This document shows, in pieces, positions 22,022 to 33,556 of a stretch of DNA of 64,000 bases. Source of the stretch: Lepidodermella squamata. Its lineage: Eukaryota > Animalia > Gastrotricha. The number at the start of each line of letters is the position of its first letter. The first letter of the stretch is position 1. A program made the position numbers and the translations under genes. The stretch covers positions 620,001-684,000 of the forward strand of contig JBLDXI010000019.1 of assembly GCA_047495785.1 (NCBI GenBank). Direction: 5' to 3'. The notes under the pieces were generated by a model, which did no database searches, was not told the DNA's origin, and saw only the letters and a list, made by a program, of their open reading frames with translations.

Positions 22022-24691
22022 TTATTTTGGCCCCACAGGAGGATCACATAGATCGGGAGTCTTCAGGCACTGTTTCGCGGAATCCCATCGCTTCGACTTG
22101 CAGTCGAATTCCAAAGCTTGAATAACATTCCTGATTCGAAAATCTTCCAACTTGCACTTGACCCCAAAAGCGTTGCAAAACGGCTGTATTTCGTCGTATT
22201 TCGGCAAACCCTTCATCCCTTCAACAGCTGAATATGGCTGCATCGCCATTTCTATCATTGCAGGCAAGATGGCAATGCAGTTCAAACGGTAAAGAGTCTT
22301 CAAGAACGCAGGGGTAAGAAACGCATCTGACTTCCAAGAGGAATTCTTAGCCCGAGCCAGTTTCACAACCATGTATACCTCGTGAGCGTAAAGAGCGCGA
22401 AGAATCTTTGGCAGCGATTGGCATGACGTCAGCTTCCCAGATTTCGCCATCGCAACCATCGGGCCAATAAACCGCTGAACTCCTGTGTAACCAATGTTAA
22501 AAGTCAGGTTTGGATTCTCGCTAGACTCCTTCTCTGCTATTTCAATAGCTTTGAACACATTTTCAGCATATTCAACGTCAGAGTTCGATATGTCGACACT
22601 TCGAACGAGATGGCAGAAAGAGGTGATTGCAACTTCCAGTTTGTGTTCGTTGATTTCCTGGCAGAGCTTCCACACTCCAGCCAACAGTGTTTGAGCATAA
22701 CTTTCAGACGTATTTGAAACTTTGTTCCTCATACCCACAGAAGAGCAATAGTCCAGCAAGTTCGGCGCATGCTTCTGAAGAAACACCTGAATTCTTGAAT
22801 CTTCGAAATACGGAACGACATTAGTGATCTTTTCGTTGGACTGCGGAACAGTCAAGTGTTGCCGATCCCCACTCTGCTTAGCCGCGACAATCAAATCCGA
22901 AATACTCATGTAACAGCCGGGGAAAATCTTGTCAGCCTGCCAATGAGATGGATCGATGAACTCGCCCATCGGTCCGTTGCAAGCAATGCCGACGATATTG
23001 ATCAACTCCAGAATTTCCATTCCCTCGAGTGTGTCGAAAATTTCAGTATCACTGTGAAGCTCGCACACTGCTTGAATGCCGGCTAGAGTCGTCGCAAAAG
23101 AGAAGAAAGAGGGCATGTGGCCACTATCATCGATGCCATCGAGTTCGGACAAGTTGTCATGCATAGCCTTGACTTCGTCGTGGAGATTTGCAATGATCTC
23201 GAGATCTTCAACTTCGATCGGGTCTTCTTCGTCATTTTCTATTTCCCAAGGGTACTTGGCACGTGAGGCTTGGTATCCACTCGCCATTTGGTCCTGATAC
23301 ATCACCTGCTGTTGATAGCCATAATGTGGCTGTTGAACTGGAACTTTCTTCGACGTAAACGCTCTCTTGATTTTAGCGAAAAATCCTGAAGCAGATGATT
23401 GTTGTAGCAGAACGGGCTGTTGCTGCTGAAGATATGAGTTGTATTGCTGATGCCCTTGGTTTTGTCGCTTAGAGACAGCTTTCTGACTAAGAAATACACT
23501 TAGTGCCTTGTAACTCTTCGCCTGGGCAACATGAGAGATTTGCCGCATGTAGACAGCCTGTTCAGCTGAACCAAGCACTCGAACACTGCTTTGAGTATTG
23601 AAAATCTGCCTGAATTGCGAGGCCTGGCCGGCAAAGTGGCGTCGAACTTTGTTCTTGTAGAGCGCAAGGCGTTTTCGATACTCCCCGCTTTCGTCTTCAG
23701 GAGGTAGGGTCTTCTGAAGAGCTCCGAAAAATTTGCTGAAGAATTCTTTCGCAGCTTTCACTTCCCGCTCAGCCTCGCGGAAGTTGACAACTTGCAGAGA
23801 CTTGATTTTGAAAGCTAAGGCTCTGAGTTTCGAGTCGAAGATTTTGAAGTTCTCGTAGTCAAGTTGACCAGCTTGCTCGATTTGAACCGGCTTGTCATTC
23901 GCCTTCAGATCTTCAGGCATTTTGTCGAACCAGAAGACATTCTCTCCAAAAGCAAGGCGCACCTTATCGTGGCTTTTCAAAGACCATGGTAGCAGTTTTA
24001 CGCCATGAGGGGCGGTAAGGCTAGCCTCGCAATCCACCCCATCGTCGAGAAATAGCCCCGCGATTTGATCACACAGAGTGTGATCTGTCGTCGTTTCCGA
24101 GGACACATCTATCAATCCGCTTCTCAGTGAGTCCTTTACATCGATGGTGCTGAACTGAAGTACACTAGCCAGACCGCGGGTGTCGGGTTGATTGTCGCTG
24201 GTGAAGTAACGGATCGCTTGAGAGTTGACAGCTCGTTGAGCGAAAACTGGAGCTAGCTCAGAAGCTTTTCGAACCGTAACCTCAATATCGCCCAATTCAC
24301 CGTCAGAGAACGTCAAAATTCGAATAGGCATATTCTCAGGGAATTTTTCAACCAGTTTAGCAAGTTCGTCAATGGCGTTGGACATGTTGGTAGCAGACAT
24401 ACTATGTAAGCCCAGGGTAGCAATATCATCTACGGTTGTTTGGTATAACTTGGCCCTTGATTCGAAGGTGATTAGCGAGATGGGATCTTTGCCGTTGTAA
24501 CCAGCCATTTTCAACGATTGAGGTACGACTCGTTCCGCTAATCGTTTCACATTTTCACCCATAGATCCAGATATGTCCATAATAACGATGGTTGATATAA
24601 CAGGAGCTCGCTCTACCTTCTTCGAGCGTTCGAATTCCATTTTTCCGACAAAACAGCCGTCGAAAACTGAATACACCTGCATAGCGGTCAT
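22022..24691 (-). CDS. Intronless 889-aa VWA-domain protein, copy 1
   Basis: Uninterrupted ORF with MIDAS DISGS...T...FSDG, a coiled region, a Q-rich central segment and a large uncharacterised C-terminal region. Confidence 0.9.
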   Translation of the reverse strand: MTAMQVYSVFDGCFVGKMEFERSKKVERAPVISTIVIMDISGSMGENVKRLAERVVPQSLKMAGYNGKDPISLITFESRAKLYQTTVDDIATLGLHSMSATNMSNAIDELAKLVEKFPENMPIRILTFSDGELGDIEVTVRKASELAPVFAQRAVNSQAIRYFTSDNQPDTRGLASVLQFSTIDVKDSLRSGLIDVSSETTTDHTLCDQIAGLFLDDGVDCEASLTAPHGVKLLPWSLKSHDKVRLAFGENVFWFDKMPEDLKANDKPVQIEQAGQLDYENFKIFDSKLRALAFKIKSLQVVNFREAEREVKAAKEFFSKFFGALQKTLPPEDESGEYRKRLALYKNKVRRHFAGQASQFRQIFNTQSSVRVLGSAEQAVYMRQISHVAQAKSYKALSVFLSQKAVSKRQNQGHQQYNSYLQQQQPVLLQQSSASGFFAKIKRAFTSKKVPVQQPHYGYQQQVMYQDQMASGYQASRAKYPWEIENDEEDPIEVEDLEIIANLHDEVKAMHDNLSELDGIDDSGHMPSFFSFATTLAGIQAVCELHSDTEIFDTLEGMEILELINIVGIACNGPMGEFIDPSHWQADKIFPGCYMSISDLIVAAKQSGDRQHLTVPQSNEKITNVVPYFEDSRIQVFLQKHAPNLLDYCSSVGMRNKVSNTSESYAQTLLAGVWKLCQEINEHKLEVAITSFCHLVRSVDISNSDVEYAENVFKAIEIAEKESSENPNLTFNIGYTGVQRFIGPMVAMAKSGKLTSCQSLPKILRALYAHEVYMVVKLARAKNSSWKSDAFLTPAFLKTLYRLNCIAILPAMIEMAMQPYSAVEGMKGLPKYDEIQPFCNAFGVKCKLEDFRIRNVIQALEFDCKSKRWDSAKQCLKTPDLCDPPVGPK

Positions 24692-24760
24692 TTTTGTATT
24701 GATTCTATGTGTAGAGAGAATAAAAAGCGTAAAAAAGTGTGCGTGTAAAACTCGTCTATA

Positions 24761-25485
24761 CTGTATACGTACAAATTTTCGCTGTAATTTTATTTTCGCG
24801 AAATTTCGCGACGACCTCAGCTCGCGAATTCAAGATTCGCGAATATTTAGCCCTCGCGAAAATTAAGTGCACGCGAAAAAAATCCCTCGTGAAAGAAAAT
24901 CGCTCGCTGGGATTACGTAATTCTAAACGATTTGAAAAGCGGTCTTGGGCACCAGGCACCTGCAAGACTAGTTGGTCATTTCCTAGCAGCGTGAAAAACT
25001 CCTTGAGCTAAAAGTGGATGCCGCTGATTGGCTGAGACGACTAAGCCAATCAAATCGCTGCCGTTTTACTAGTGGTCGATTGTCCATCAAGTGGTTATCA
25101 ATCGAGCCGCGCGCGTAATTAGTGCGCCATTGTAGATCAAGTAGTCGATAAAGCGCGCCTTAGCACTTTCCGCTTCTCTACACAGCTATCAATTTCGCAA
25201 CCAGCCGCTATTGCTCGCATAACCGGAACGACATGCGCACGAGTTACGAGAATTACGGGCCCTCCTTAGATTGCGCAATCAGAGGGTAAATAAAGGGTAA
25301 ATGTGGATTTTTGCGAAAACACTAACTCAAATTTTCATTTTAAGACCGCGCGCGCTATTGACTGTTTTATTACGCAATTATCCAAGGATCGCCCTCGCGA
25401 ATTTAAAATTTCGCGAAAATAAAAAATGGTCATTTTTGGGCAATTCGCGAATTCAAGATTACCGCGAAAATTAGTACGTATACAG
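24761..25485. mobile_element. Non-autonomous DNA transposon (MITE) with TA target duplication, Tc1/mariner-like
   Basis: Imperfect ~40-bp TIRs CTGTATACGTACAAATTTTCGC... and ...GCGAAAATTAGTACGTATACAG, flanked by TA. The paralogous site upstream of VWA copy 2 (~39570-39590) is empty. Confidence 0.9.
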
Positions 25486-25754
25486 TATATCGCAAATGTG
25501 GGGAAAGTGCCCAGCCCTACACGCATATATTATACACACATATAATGCATGCATTTATCGTAAACGAAAGATGAATCATGAACACGAGGCTTTGAGTCAC
25601 GTGTAAAGAAATAAACATCAATCTTTGCCTTTTGGCAGAAATTTTGCACAGATAAAGATTAAAAAATTGATCATAATCCCATAAATATCTGCGATTGAAT
25701 ATTAAATTTTCTGAGGTTTTTAACTGATATTTACTCGATCATTCACTCAATCTA

Positions 25755-27324
25755 ATGGTTGCCGATATCGAGCTTGAAATCGTCGAACTGCTGGAACAAC
25801 TCGAAGAGGAGGTTGGGTCCCTGCCGACAGGAGAGGCGAAAGAGAGGCTACGACAAATTCAATCGAAACTGCAATTGAAGCTGCTAAAGAAAGAAGCCAG
25901 AAAGAAAAGAAGTGCAGAAGATAAGGAGGAAGAAAAGCGAAAAGCATCTGATGGAAAAGATGGTAAATGAAGACCTACTCCTTATTAAAGGTCTGGGCGA
26001 AAATTGGAAAGAGGAGGTCAAAAAACTCCCCCCGGCTGACCTGCCACTCTGGAGACTAGAAGAAGAGAAGGACAAAGACGGGGCGGTGGTCATCGAATTC
26101 CTTCGAGACACGCAGAGGTCAAAGGTCCGAGTTCTAAACCTGGCGAAGCAGTGGAAAGAACCACTGAAAGCTGTAAAACCAGTCACGAAACACATGAAAG
26201 AAGTCAGAGAAATACTCGAGGAGAAGAAAGTCGAACTGGAAAGCGCGGGCACCCAAGGATTACAGGTCAGAGGAGCGAACATCTACCAGTACGACATCCC
26301 GCTCATCCGCTACTACTCGGAGTGCAGGTGAAAATTCACAACCAGGTTGAAAACATCCAGGAGGAACCAACAGGAATAAAGTGCTTCACTTGCCACGGCT
26401 ATGGTCACATGTCATGGCAATGCGCAAAAAACCAAGAGCCAGACAGAGGCAACGCGCCCAGAAACAACCAACTGCGACCGAACAACAACAGATACCAAAA
26501 CAACAACAACACTGGAAACAACAACTACCGCGGAAACGGTGGAAACAATCGGAACGACGGAAACTACGGAAGCCAAGCGCCATATGGACGCTGGAACTAG
26601 GACTGGCTAAACCCACTCCCGCTCGAAAACCGTTTCGAACTGCTAACAGAAAATGACAACTCATCTGATGATTCGATTGTGAAGAAAGTGGAAAGTGAAG
26701 GAAAATCAAAATCTACAAGGCCCAAGAAAAGGGCAAGGGGTATGAAAATTAAAACTAAAAATTTGAAAAATGTTTGCCATTCTGAAAACCAAGAAAAAAT
26801 CAGCAAAAATCTAAAACCAGAAAAAATTATTAGAGGCGCTTCAATAAATGCTTCAACAGCCAATACCAAGAATACATATTTCGATTTTGAACTCAAAAAA
26901 TATGATTTCGTGGCCCTACAAGAATTAAGATAGCGCGGTCAGGGCCAAGTAAATCTGAGGCATGGAACGTTATACTACTGTGGTGTAAAAGAGGGCATAA
27001 GCTAAGCACGGCGTAGGATGCCATATAAGAAGACGCAAATACATTAAAGTGCTTAAAGTAAATCGAATCAGCGAGCGTTTAATGTCAATACGTATGAAAA
27101 TTTATCGTGATACTTAAAATATCATCGTCATTTATGCACCAGCTAGCAATAATGTTGCTGAACTAGAACTTTTCCTACAATTTTTGCAAGACGAATACAA
27201 CAGGCTAAACACAATGAGTGGCAAGACAATAATAATGGGCGACACGAACAGACGAGTGCAAAGCGAAGATCATTCACTAATAGTAGGCCCACACAGCGAT
27301 AAAATAGGCAACGAGAAAGGGGCC
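25755..27324 (+). mobile_element. Decayed non-LTR retrotransposon 5' part: ORF1 with CCHC zinc knuckle and apurinic endonuclease (RTE-like) remnants
   Basis: CFTCHGYGHMSWQC knuckle. DFVALQELR, HGVG, ISERLMSIR, IIVIYAP and IIMGDTN motifs are broken by stops and frameshifts. Confidence 0.75.
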
Positions 27325-27327
27325 AAG

Positions 27328-28785
27328 GGGTGTGTTCAAAAAGTCTCAGCGCTTCAGAAAGCTGTTCCTTCAGAATTACTCGTAAATTGCGTTTTTTATG
27401 TTCAGAGTGGATTTTTGCATTGTTTAGTTTCAGAGAAGAGGGACACAGATGTGCTTGATTACGCTTTCAGGCGATTTTTTAATGCTCAGAACGTTCAGTG
27501 AGGGACAACCATTGTTCGAAGTTTCAGGCTGCTCGAGCAGTCTGAAACTTTCCCTGATTAGTCACATGCGTCATGGTTAGTCACAATGGTTCGATATGAA
27601 TTTTATTTTTATCAACTTTTTGGACTGCAAAGCGTTAAAACGTCGGCGAAGTGATAAAATTATTCGGAAACCTTGCGGTACACCTTGGAACACCTCTACG
27701 GCCCATTTTAAGTCAAGGATCTAATTCACAGTTATTAAAAATGAATTTTCCAGTTTGAATAAATTTTTTAATTAATTGTTAATGAATTTTTAAATTCATC
27801 AATGCAAAAAATAGCACGCGAAATGCCGGCTTATCAATAGTAATTGTACCACTTTTTCCTTTCGCCTTTTCAGGAAAGCACATAGCTGAAGCCATGAAAA
27901 AATCTCCGGCCAATCTTTAATTCAATTTTTAATTTTTCGATTTTCGATTTTTCAATTTTTTCAATTAAAAAATTGACCAAATTCGACCACATATTGATGA
28001 GAAATTTGTGCGATTTTTCTCTACCGGTTGGCCAAAAAATTCCGCAGAAGGCTAATTCGATACGCTCCATTTAAATGAGGAGTTTCCAGAAATCGAGGAG
28101 TTCAATTAGCAAAATAATGCTTGAAATTCTTCAACTTAAAACTACTTAAAACTACTCATTAAATCGATGCGCATCGAATTCGCCTTCTGCGGAATTTTTT
28201 GGCCACCCTGTATTTATTTTAAAAATGTTCAATTTTACAACTGCTGATTTTTGGAAAAATTTGGAATTTTTGGATAAAAACAATTTTGGAAAAATACCTT
28301 GATTTTATCGAGAGGGAGATAGCTGGAGCTTTTAATTCAAAAATTCATTCAGATCGAGGAGTTATCGATTGCAAACTTTCTCAGCATGTATAATTTATGC
28401 CGATAATATCGCGGCGACACTATGGAGGTCTAGATTCTAGATTGTTCTCTATCGTCGTAAACCGAAATAACGGATTGAAAATCACTCGATACTACCTCTC
28501 CCTCGATAGGTCGCCTTGATTTGCCTTTTGGAGGGAAATCATGAAAAAAATGTTCCCAAAAAATCAAAATTGAAGAGAGACTGTTGGGCGCAAATTCCTA
28601 ACAATTTTCCCACAATTTATTGCAATATTTAAACATTTTCCCGTGGTGAATAAGCTTTCCGCAATAGACTGCGATAAAAAGGAATAAAAGTTCAAGTTTC
28701 GTTGAAGCACTATTGCGCAATTAGAGAACAATACTGGTAATTAAGAATGCGCATTCAGTGGCGCTGAGACTTTTTGAACACGCCC
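27328..28785. mobile_element. Non-autonomous TIR element with 3-bp TSD (PIF/Harbinger-like)
   Basis: 25-bp TIRs GGGTGTGTTCAAAAAGTCTCAGCGC and GCGCTGAGACTTTTTGAACACGCCC, flanked by AAG on both sides. It truncates the LINE endonuclease remnant. Confidence 0.8.
28024..28210. mobile_element. Small Tc1/mariner-type MITE nested in the Harbinger-like element
   Basis: ~40-bp inverted ends CCGGTTGGCCAAAAAATTCCGCAGAAGGC and GCCTTCTGCGGAATTTTTTGGCCACCCTG, with TA on both sides. Confidence 0.75.
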
Positions 28786-28788
28786 AAG

Positions 28789-29308
28789 CATAGATAAATA
28801 AAAAAGATAGATCTGACACAGAAAAATTCTGAAAGGAGCACGTTTCCGCGCAGTGATTATTATTGCTTTTTCTAGCTTTGTGCAAAAAATCGCCTGATGA
28901 ATCACGGCGTCATCTGCAATAATTATGATTCACGCCACCAAAAAAAAACAAGCAATCAGCCCAAGGCCATAAAATTGATTGCTGAAATATGGAAGGTTAG
29001 AAACATTCTAGAAAATTAAGGGAAGGCCGGCCGCAAATTCGGAAAAAATGTGGATATAGCTCGAGTTTGATACTTCAAAATAAAAATAGTTCGGGAAAAA
29101 TCGAAGGGGGTGTGTTTTGAGATAAATTGAGTTGAAGTAGCCACCCGAAATCATTTGTCACTTGCGTTGATTATGCCGTATTTTTTATAGTGATGTTGAC
29201 AAGTGATTTACAGCGGTCACGCGACCAAAAAGCAAAAACTCATGATGAGTCATTTCGGCACACATAAATGTACTAGCGTGTCAGATCTCTCTTTTTTATT
29301 TATCTATG
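28789..29308. mobile_element. MITE with CATAGATA termini
   Basis: ~31-bp TIRs CATAGATAAATAAAAAAGATAGATCTGACAC and GTGTCAGATCTCTCTTTTTTATTTATCTATG; superfamily not determined. Confidence 0.7.
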
Positions 29309-29417
29309 CCATAGTTAAATAAATACAGTAGATCTGACACGCTAGTACATTTATGTGTGCCGAGATGACTCATCATGAGTTTTTGCTTTTTGGTCGCGTG
29401 CCCGTAGAAATCACTTG
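29200..29417. repeat. ~220-bp near-perfect palindrome (two element ends head-to-head)
   Basis: Arms are reverse complements (CACGCGACCAAAAAGCAAAAACTCATGATGAGTCAT... and ...ATGACTCATCATGAGTTTTTGCTTTTTGGTCGCGTG), centred at ~29309. Confidence 0.85.
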
Positions 29418-30019
29418 ATGAGGGTGATAATCTGTGTACTGCAAAAAGTGAGCAGCGATCAACTGAAAAAGGTTGCCTATTTTGAAATTGATTCAAGTCA
29501 AACATGAAAAATGATTTTAAAAGTGTATTGCTTTTTAGTGTTTTGCGCTGAAATTCAAAATTATTTCTAGCAAGCAAAAACGATCTCACATCTTTGAACG
29601 TCGCACGTGTGATTCACTTTAATCGATATTTTCAGTCACGCGACGCCCTTCAAAATTCAACAAGCTCCGTCGGATTTTTCGAAATATACCGATTTCGAAC
29701 CAAGGACCATAGCTTCTCTGTAGCTATTAAAGACCTCAGTAAAGCGAATCCAGATATGTTCGTTTGACGTGTTCAGTGTTCAATTTATTTATCTCAGGCG
29801 ATTTATCCGTTTAAGTCATGGAGGAATAGAATTTACTATTCCTCCATGGTTTAAGTAGTTCGCACGATGATGAAAACCGTAACCTTAACCAGTCAAAAAC
29901 CGAATAAAACCGGCGTAAGATTTTCCCAATGACCTATTCTGCTTAATGGTAGACTCAAGCCTGACGTTACTGGCGCTTTCACTCATTTCTCCATACTGAT
30001 CGGCTACGGCGCTGTATCG

Positions 30020-30310
30020 CTGTATCGAAGAAATTACAGCCTGCCTCGCCTACTGCGATATGACTTCATCGCCCGGACTCGATGGCATCACCTACGATGA
30101 CTTGAAAAGAGAAGAAACTACAATCACACCTTTTCTAGCTGATGTGTTCACAAAAATACTGGAATCCAAAATGTTGGAAATCAGTTGTAATCATTCCTAT
30201 CTTCAAAAAAGGGACGTCAAGGATCTGAAAAACTACCGACCCATAGCATCGCAAACATAGTATTACGGCCAAGCTGTTCTCGACGATTATCTCGACTCAC
30301 GGCTGCGAAA
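30020..30310 (+). mobile_element. Non-LTR retrotransposon reverse transcriptase N-terminal fragment
   Basis: SPGLDGITYDDLK, IPIFKK/DVKDLKNYRPIA and KLFSTII motifs with frameshift/stop. Confidence 0.75.
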
Positions 30311-30317
30311 GTTGCTT

Positions 30318-31056
30318 GGGCAGCAGCATAAGCCAGAATAACAGCGATAGTAAAGGAAATCGCGATATTGCCAGTGGTGCCATTGAATTGAGTGAAGTAA
30401 CTTCAACTGAAATTTACAATTGAAATGAAATAGCGATAGCTATTTAAAAGCTTGGGGACAAGCAATTTTCTCGTCTTTCCGGCGTATGATTTGAACATCA
30501 TCTGCCGTTAAATTACGTCATTTTTGTATTTTGGCCCTCAGATTTTCAGTATTTCAGATGAAGAGACCCGGACACATCGTAAATTTCGGATGAAAAGCAA
30601 TGGTCTTTTCAACACTAGTCGGTTTGTCCTGTATTACCCCGGGGGAATTTACTTCAGCCATTTCACCGTCATGTGAACATTAATTTGATAGGCATTCGTT
30701 TTATTTTGTACGGCGGGGAAAAACGGGTCCAGTGTTGAGAAGACCATTGTTTTTCATCCGAAATTTACGATGTGTCCGGGTCTCTTCATCTGAAATACTG
30801 AAATACTGAAAATCTGAGGGCCAAAATACAAAAAATGAAGTCATTTCGCGGCAGATGTTTAAATCATACGAGAAAATTGCTTGTACCTCAAGCTTTCAAA
30901 TATCGCCATCGCAGCCTAATACCTCAATCATTATTTCGTTTCAATTGTAAAATTCAAGTTAAATTTACATCACCCAACCATTGGCAACCATTGGCAACCA
31001 CTGGCAATATCGCGATGATCTTGCTTTCCAGTGTTATGCTGGCTACTTAGCTGCCC
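30318..31056. mobile_element. Foldback element with ~300-bp inverted arms (MULE-like non-autonomous element)
   Basis: GGGCAG...CTGCCC ends. The inner arms are near-perfect complements (GATGAAGAGACCCGGACACATCGTAAATTTCGGATGAAAA and its reverse complement) around a ~90-bp spacer. Confidence 0.8.
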
Positions 31057-31419
31057 AAAGTTCCGAAAGCCTTCGATAGCGTTCAAGGCAGCTGTGAAGG
31101 AGTCCTCGCCATTTTATCACCCATGACCTTGGGCACGTGTAACATGTTGCGCAGTAAAAAACGCTGCAATGGTTTCCGATTCTCGTCTGGCTTCTGTTCG
31201 CTCAATTCGAAGTGCGGTAAGAACATTCGGAACTGGTGAGGCGACATTGGCTAAATTGGAGTATTGGCGTGCCACGGCGATGTGCAGCAGTGAGTTGAGG
31301 ATTGAGGATTTATTCGCAAGATTATTTCGGTAAAGGGGTCGCTTCTCAATAAATTAAGTATATAGCGGATTGTCAACTTTTTCTTACGAGAGTTTTTGTA
31401 CTTTCAATATTGATGCGGG

Positions 31420-31677
31420 CCGGCTGCATACTAACCAAGCTGCATACCAACCGTCTCTTGAATCATTTGAAGTTTACCATGTATTTGACGAGAGCGGTGT
31501 ATTCCGACTTTCCCAGTCGAACGCGGGTCATATGAAAGTTATATAATTTTCAGCGAGTTCACCATATTACTATGAATAACACTTGAGTGTCTGTGATAAG
31601 TATGCCTTACTATGTGTTACAATCATGCATATGATAATTGCACGCCAATAAAGTTTAAGTTTAAGTTTAAGTTTTAA
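31420..31677 (+). mobile_element. Probable 3' end of a CR1/L2-like LINE
   Basis: RTRGH-like remnant (~31518) followed by AATAAA and a (GTTTAA)n microsatellite tail. Confidence 0.4.
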
Positions 31678-31874
31678 GAAGGCAAGTGCTCTCTCGATAT
31701 TTGCGAACCCGATAATTGCAATCCCTCGTTATTTGCGACTTCATCAAAGTGTAATTTTCCATCTATCAAAGTGTAATAAACCTCTATGTATTCTACTTCG
31801 GTTTCGCAGGATTGGAGCGCGCGCGCCAAAATGACATAAAAATAAAGATGGCTTTTGAGGTGGTGACTTCTTTT

Positions 31875-33225
31875 GGGTACGTTTCTTTATTATCAACAGA
31901 TTTTGTTGAAAACAAGGCAAAAAACAGAGACCATTTCTTTATCCATTTATGTTAAAAACAACCACCAGTGAGTATTTCTTTATTCTGATTTTGTTAGTAG
32001 CAAAAGCAATAATCAGAGGCATTTCTTTATTCGATTTTTTGCATTAACAAAATCTCGTTTATCAAATGGAACACTCTGATTTTGTTATTAGATTAAATCG
32101 ATAAAGAAATGGTTAGCTGTGTAACTGCTCTGGCGACCTGAGAAGTCAATAGAATCGGTAATATTTAGACAGGTTGTATAATTTGGCCTTGGGCCTTGAG
32201 AGTGGGCCTTGAGAGTCATAATGTTGCGATTTGCGATCGATTAACTTTTCAAATTTACAAATAGAAAATCAGCAGTTAATATTGCAAATCAGCGCTTTTA
32301 TCATTTAGCCTGAGATAATAAGTGCCGACATTTCAGCCGGGTCAAATCAGCCCAATGTGAAGCGCTTAGCCAAATCAAGACAAAAATGTCATTTTTTCTG
32401 ACTCGAAGGTGGAGAAAGCTCTCTCGCAATAAAAAGTTTTTCTCTTTTTGGCGACATTTTCGCAGGTGACAAATAAGCAATCTAGCCTAACTTATTACAA
32501 TATATCACTATGATCCGAATCGTTACCGACGGCCACGCTCGTATTACTCGCATTTTTAGGCCTTAAAACTAGTTAATCTTTAGCAAAAAATTTCGTTCAT
32601 TTGACGATGTTTCAGCTAGCGACAGTGAGGCAAATTAGCCAACATTTCATCAGAATTTGATCAATTTCATCCGAACTTGAATAAAACTGAGCTCGTAATT
32701 CGTCTGTCAATTAAGACTGATATGTCCCTTGCTGGACTGTCGCCAGCGCAAATGTCGCCCAATAGCAATTTCGCATTATTTTGCACCTGCAATATCCTCA
32801 AATTGGCACATGATCAATTCATATTAAAAAAATTGTCGGCGGTTTTGTCGCCAGCTGAAATGTCACACCCCCATAAATTAATAGGTAGTATGTTGGCTGG
32901 CCTAATGAATCATCAATCATAACTTGGAAACAATTTGCAGAAAATCAGTTATTTTCTCATTATGCCTTCGTTGGGCGGGTCGTTGATGCGTGCGACTTAG
33001 AAAAAGTCGCTCCAAAAACGACTCGGCGAGTTGTTGATAATTTTGGGCAAAAAACATGTTTAATGAATGAAACGCTAGCTGATTATTATAGTAGCTCCAG
33101 CAATAATCAGAATAAAGAAATAATTTCTGGTTGAACTAATAATTTCAACAGAAATAAAGAAATGACCTGTTTATGGCTTGTTTTGTTAATAATTTCATCT
33201 CTGTTGGAGATAAAGAAACGCACCC
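31875..33225. mobile_element. Old TIR element with subterminal repeats
   Basis: Diverged inverted ends GGGTACGTTTCTTTAT... and ...ATAAAGAAACGCACCC, with repeated TTTCTTTATTCTGATT motifs on the left and their complements on the right. No clear TSD. Confidence 0.6.
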
Positions 33226-33556
33226 GTGCTTTGTCATTTCGTCAGTTTTCGTCACTCCGCCATTCCCAAAAAAAATAAATGTCAAAAAACGCAAAATTTC
33301 AAATGCGCCTGCAAGAATTATCCTTCTAGGTACCCCATTTATTTTTCTTTCTTCAGTTACAGTCAGTGAGATGACGAAGTGACGTAAAGACGATACAACG
33401 AAACAACGAAAAAACACCGCCTCAGAACGAAGTAACTTCGTCTATTTTCATCGGAAAAGCATTATTCTGTTATTCTACAATATTCCGATGTAATAAGACA
33501 CGTATTAGCTCATAATTTATTAATGCTAACACCTCCTCCATCAAAATAAAATCATT

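Noticed and set aside
25755-30310. A single LINE spanning the ORF1/endonuclease and RT fragments
   Set aside because: VWA-flank-homologous DNA (~29500-29870) lies between the pieces, so they cannot be shown to be one insertion; reported separately.
31875-33225. Short interspersed repeats resembling a CRISPR array
   Set aside because: Units are degenerate, irregularly spaced and inverted at the two ends, in a eukaryotic context; better explained as TE subterminal repeats.
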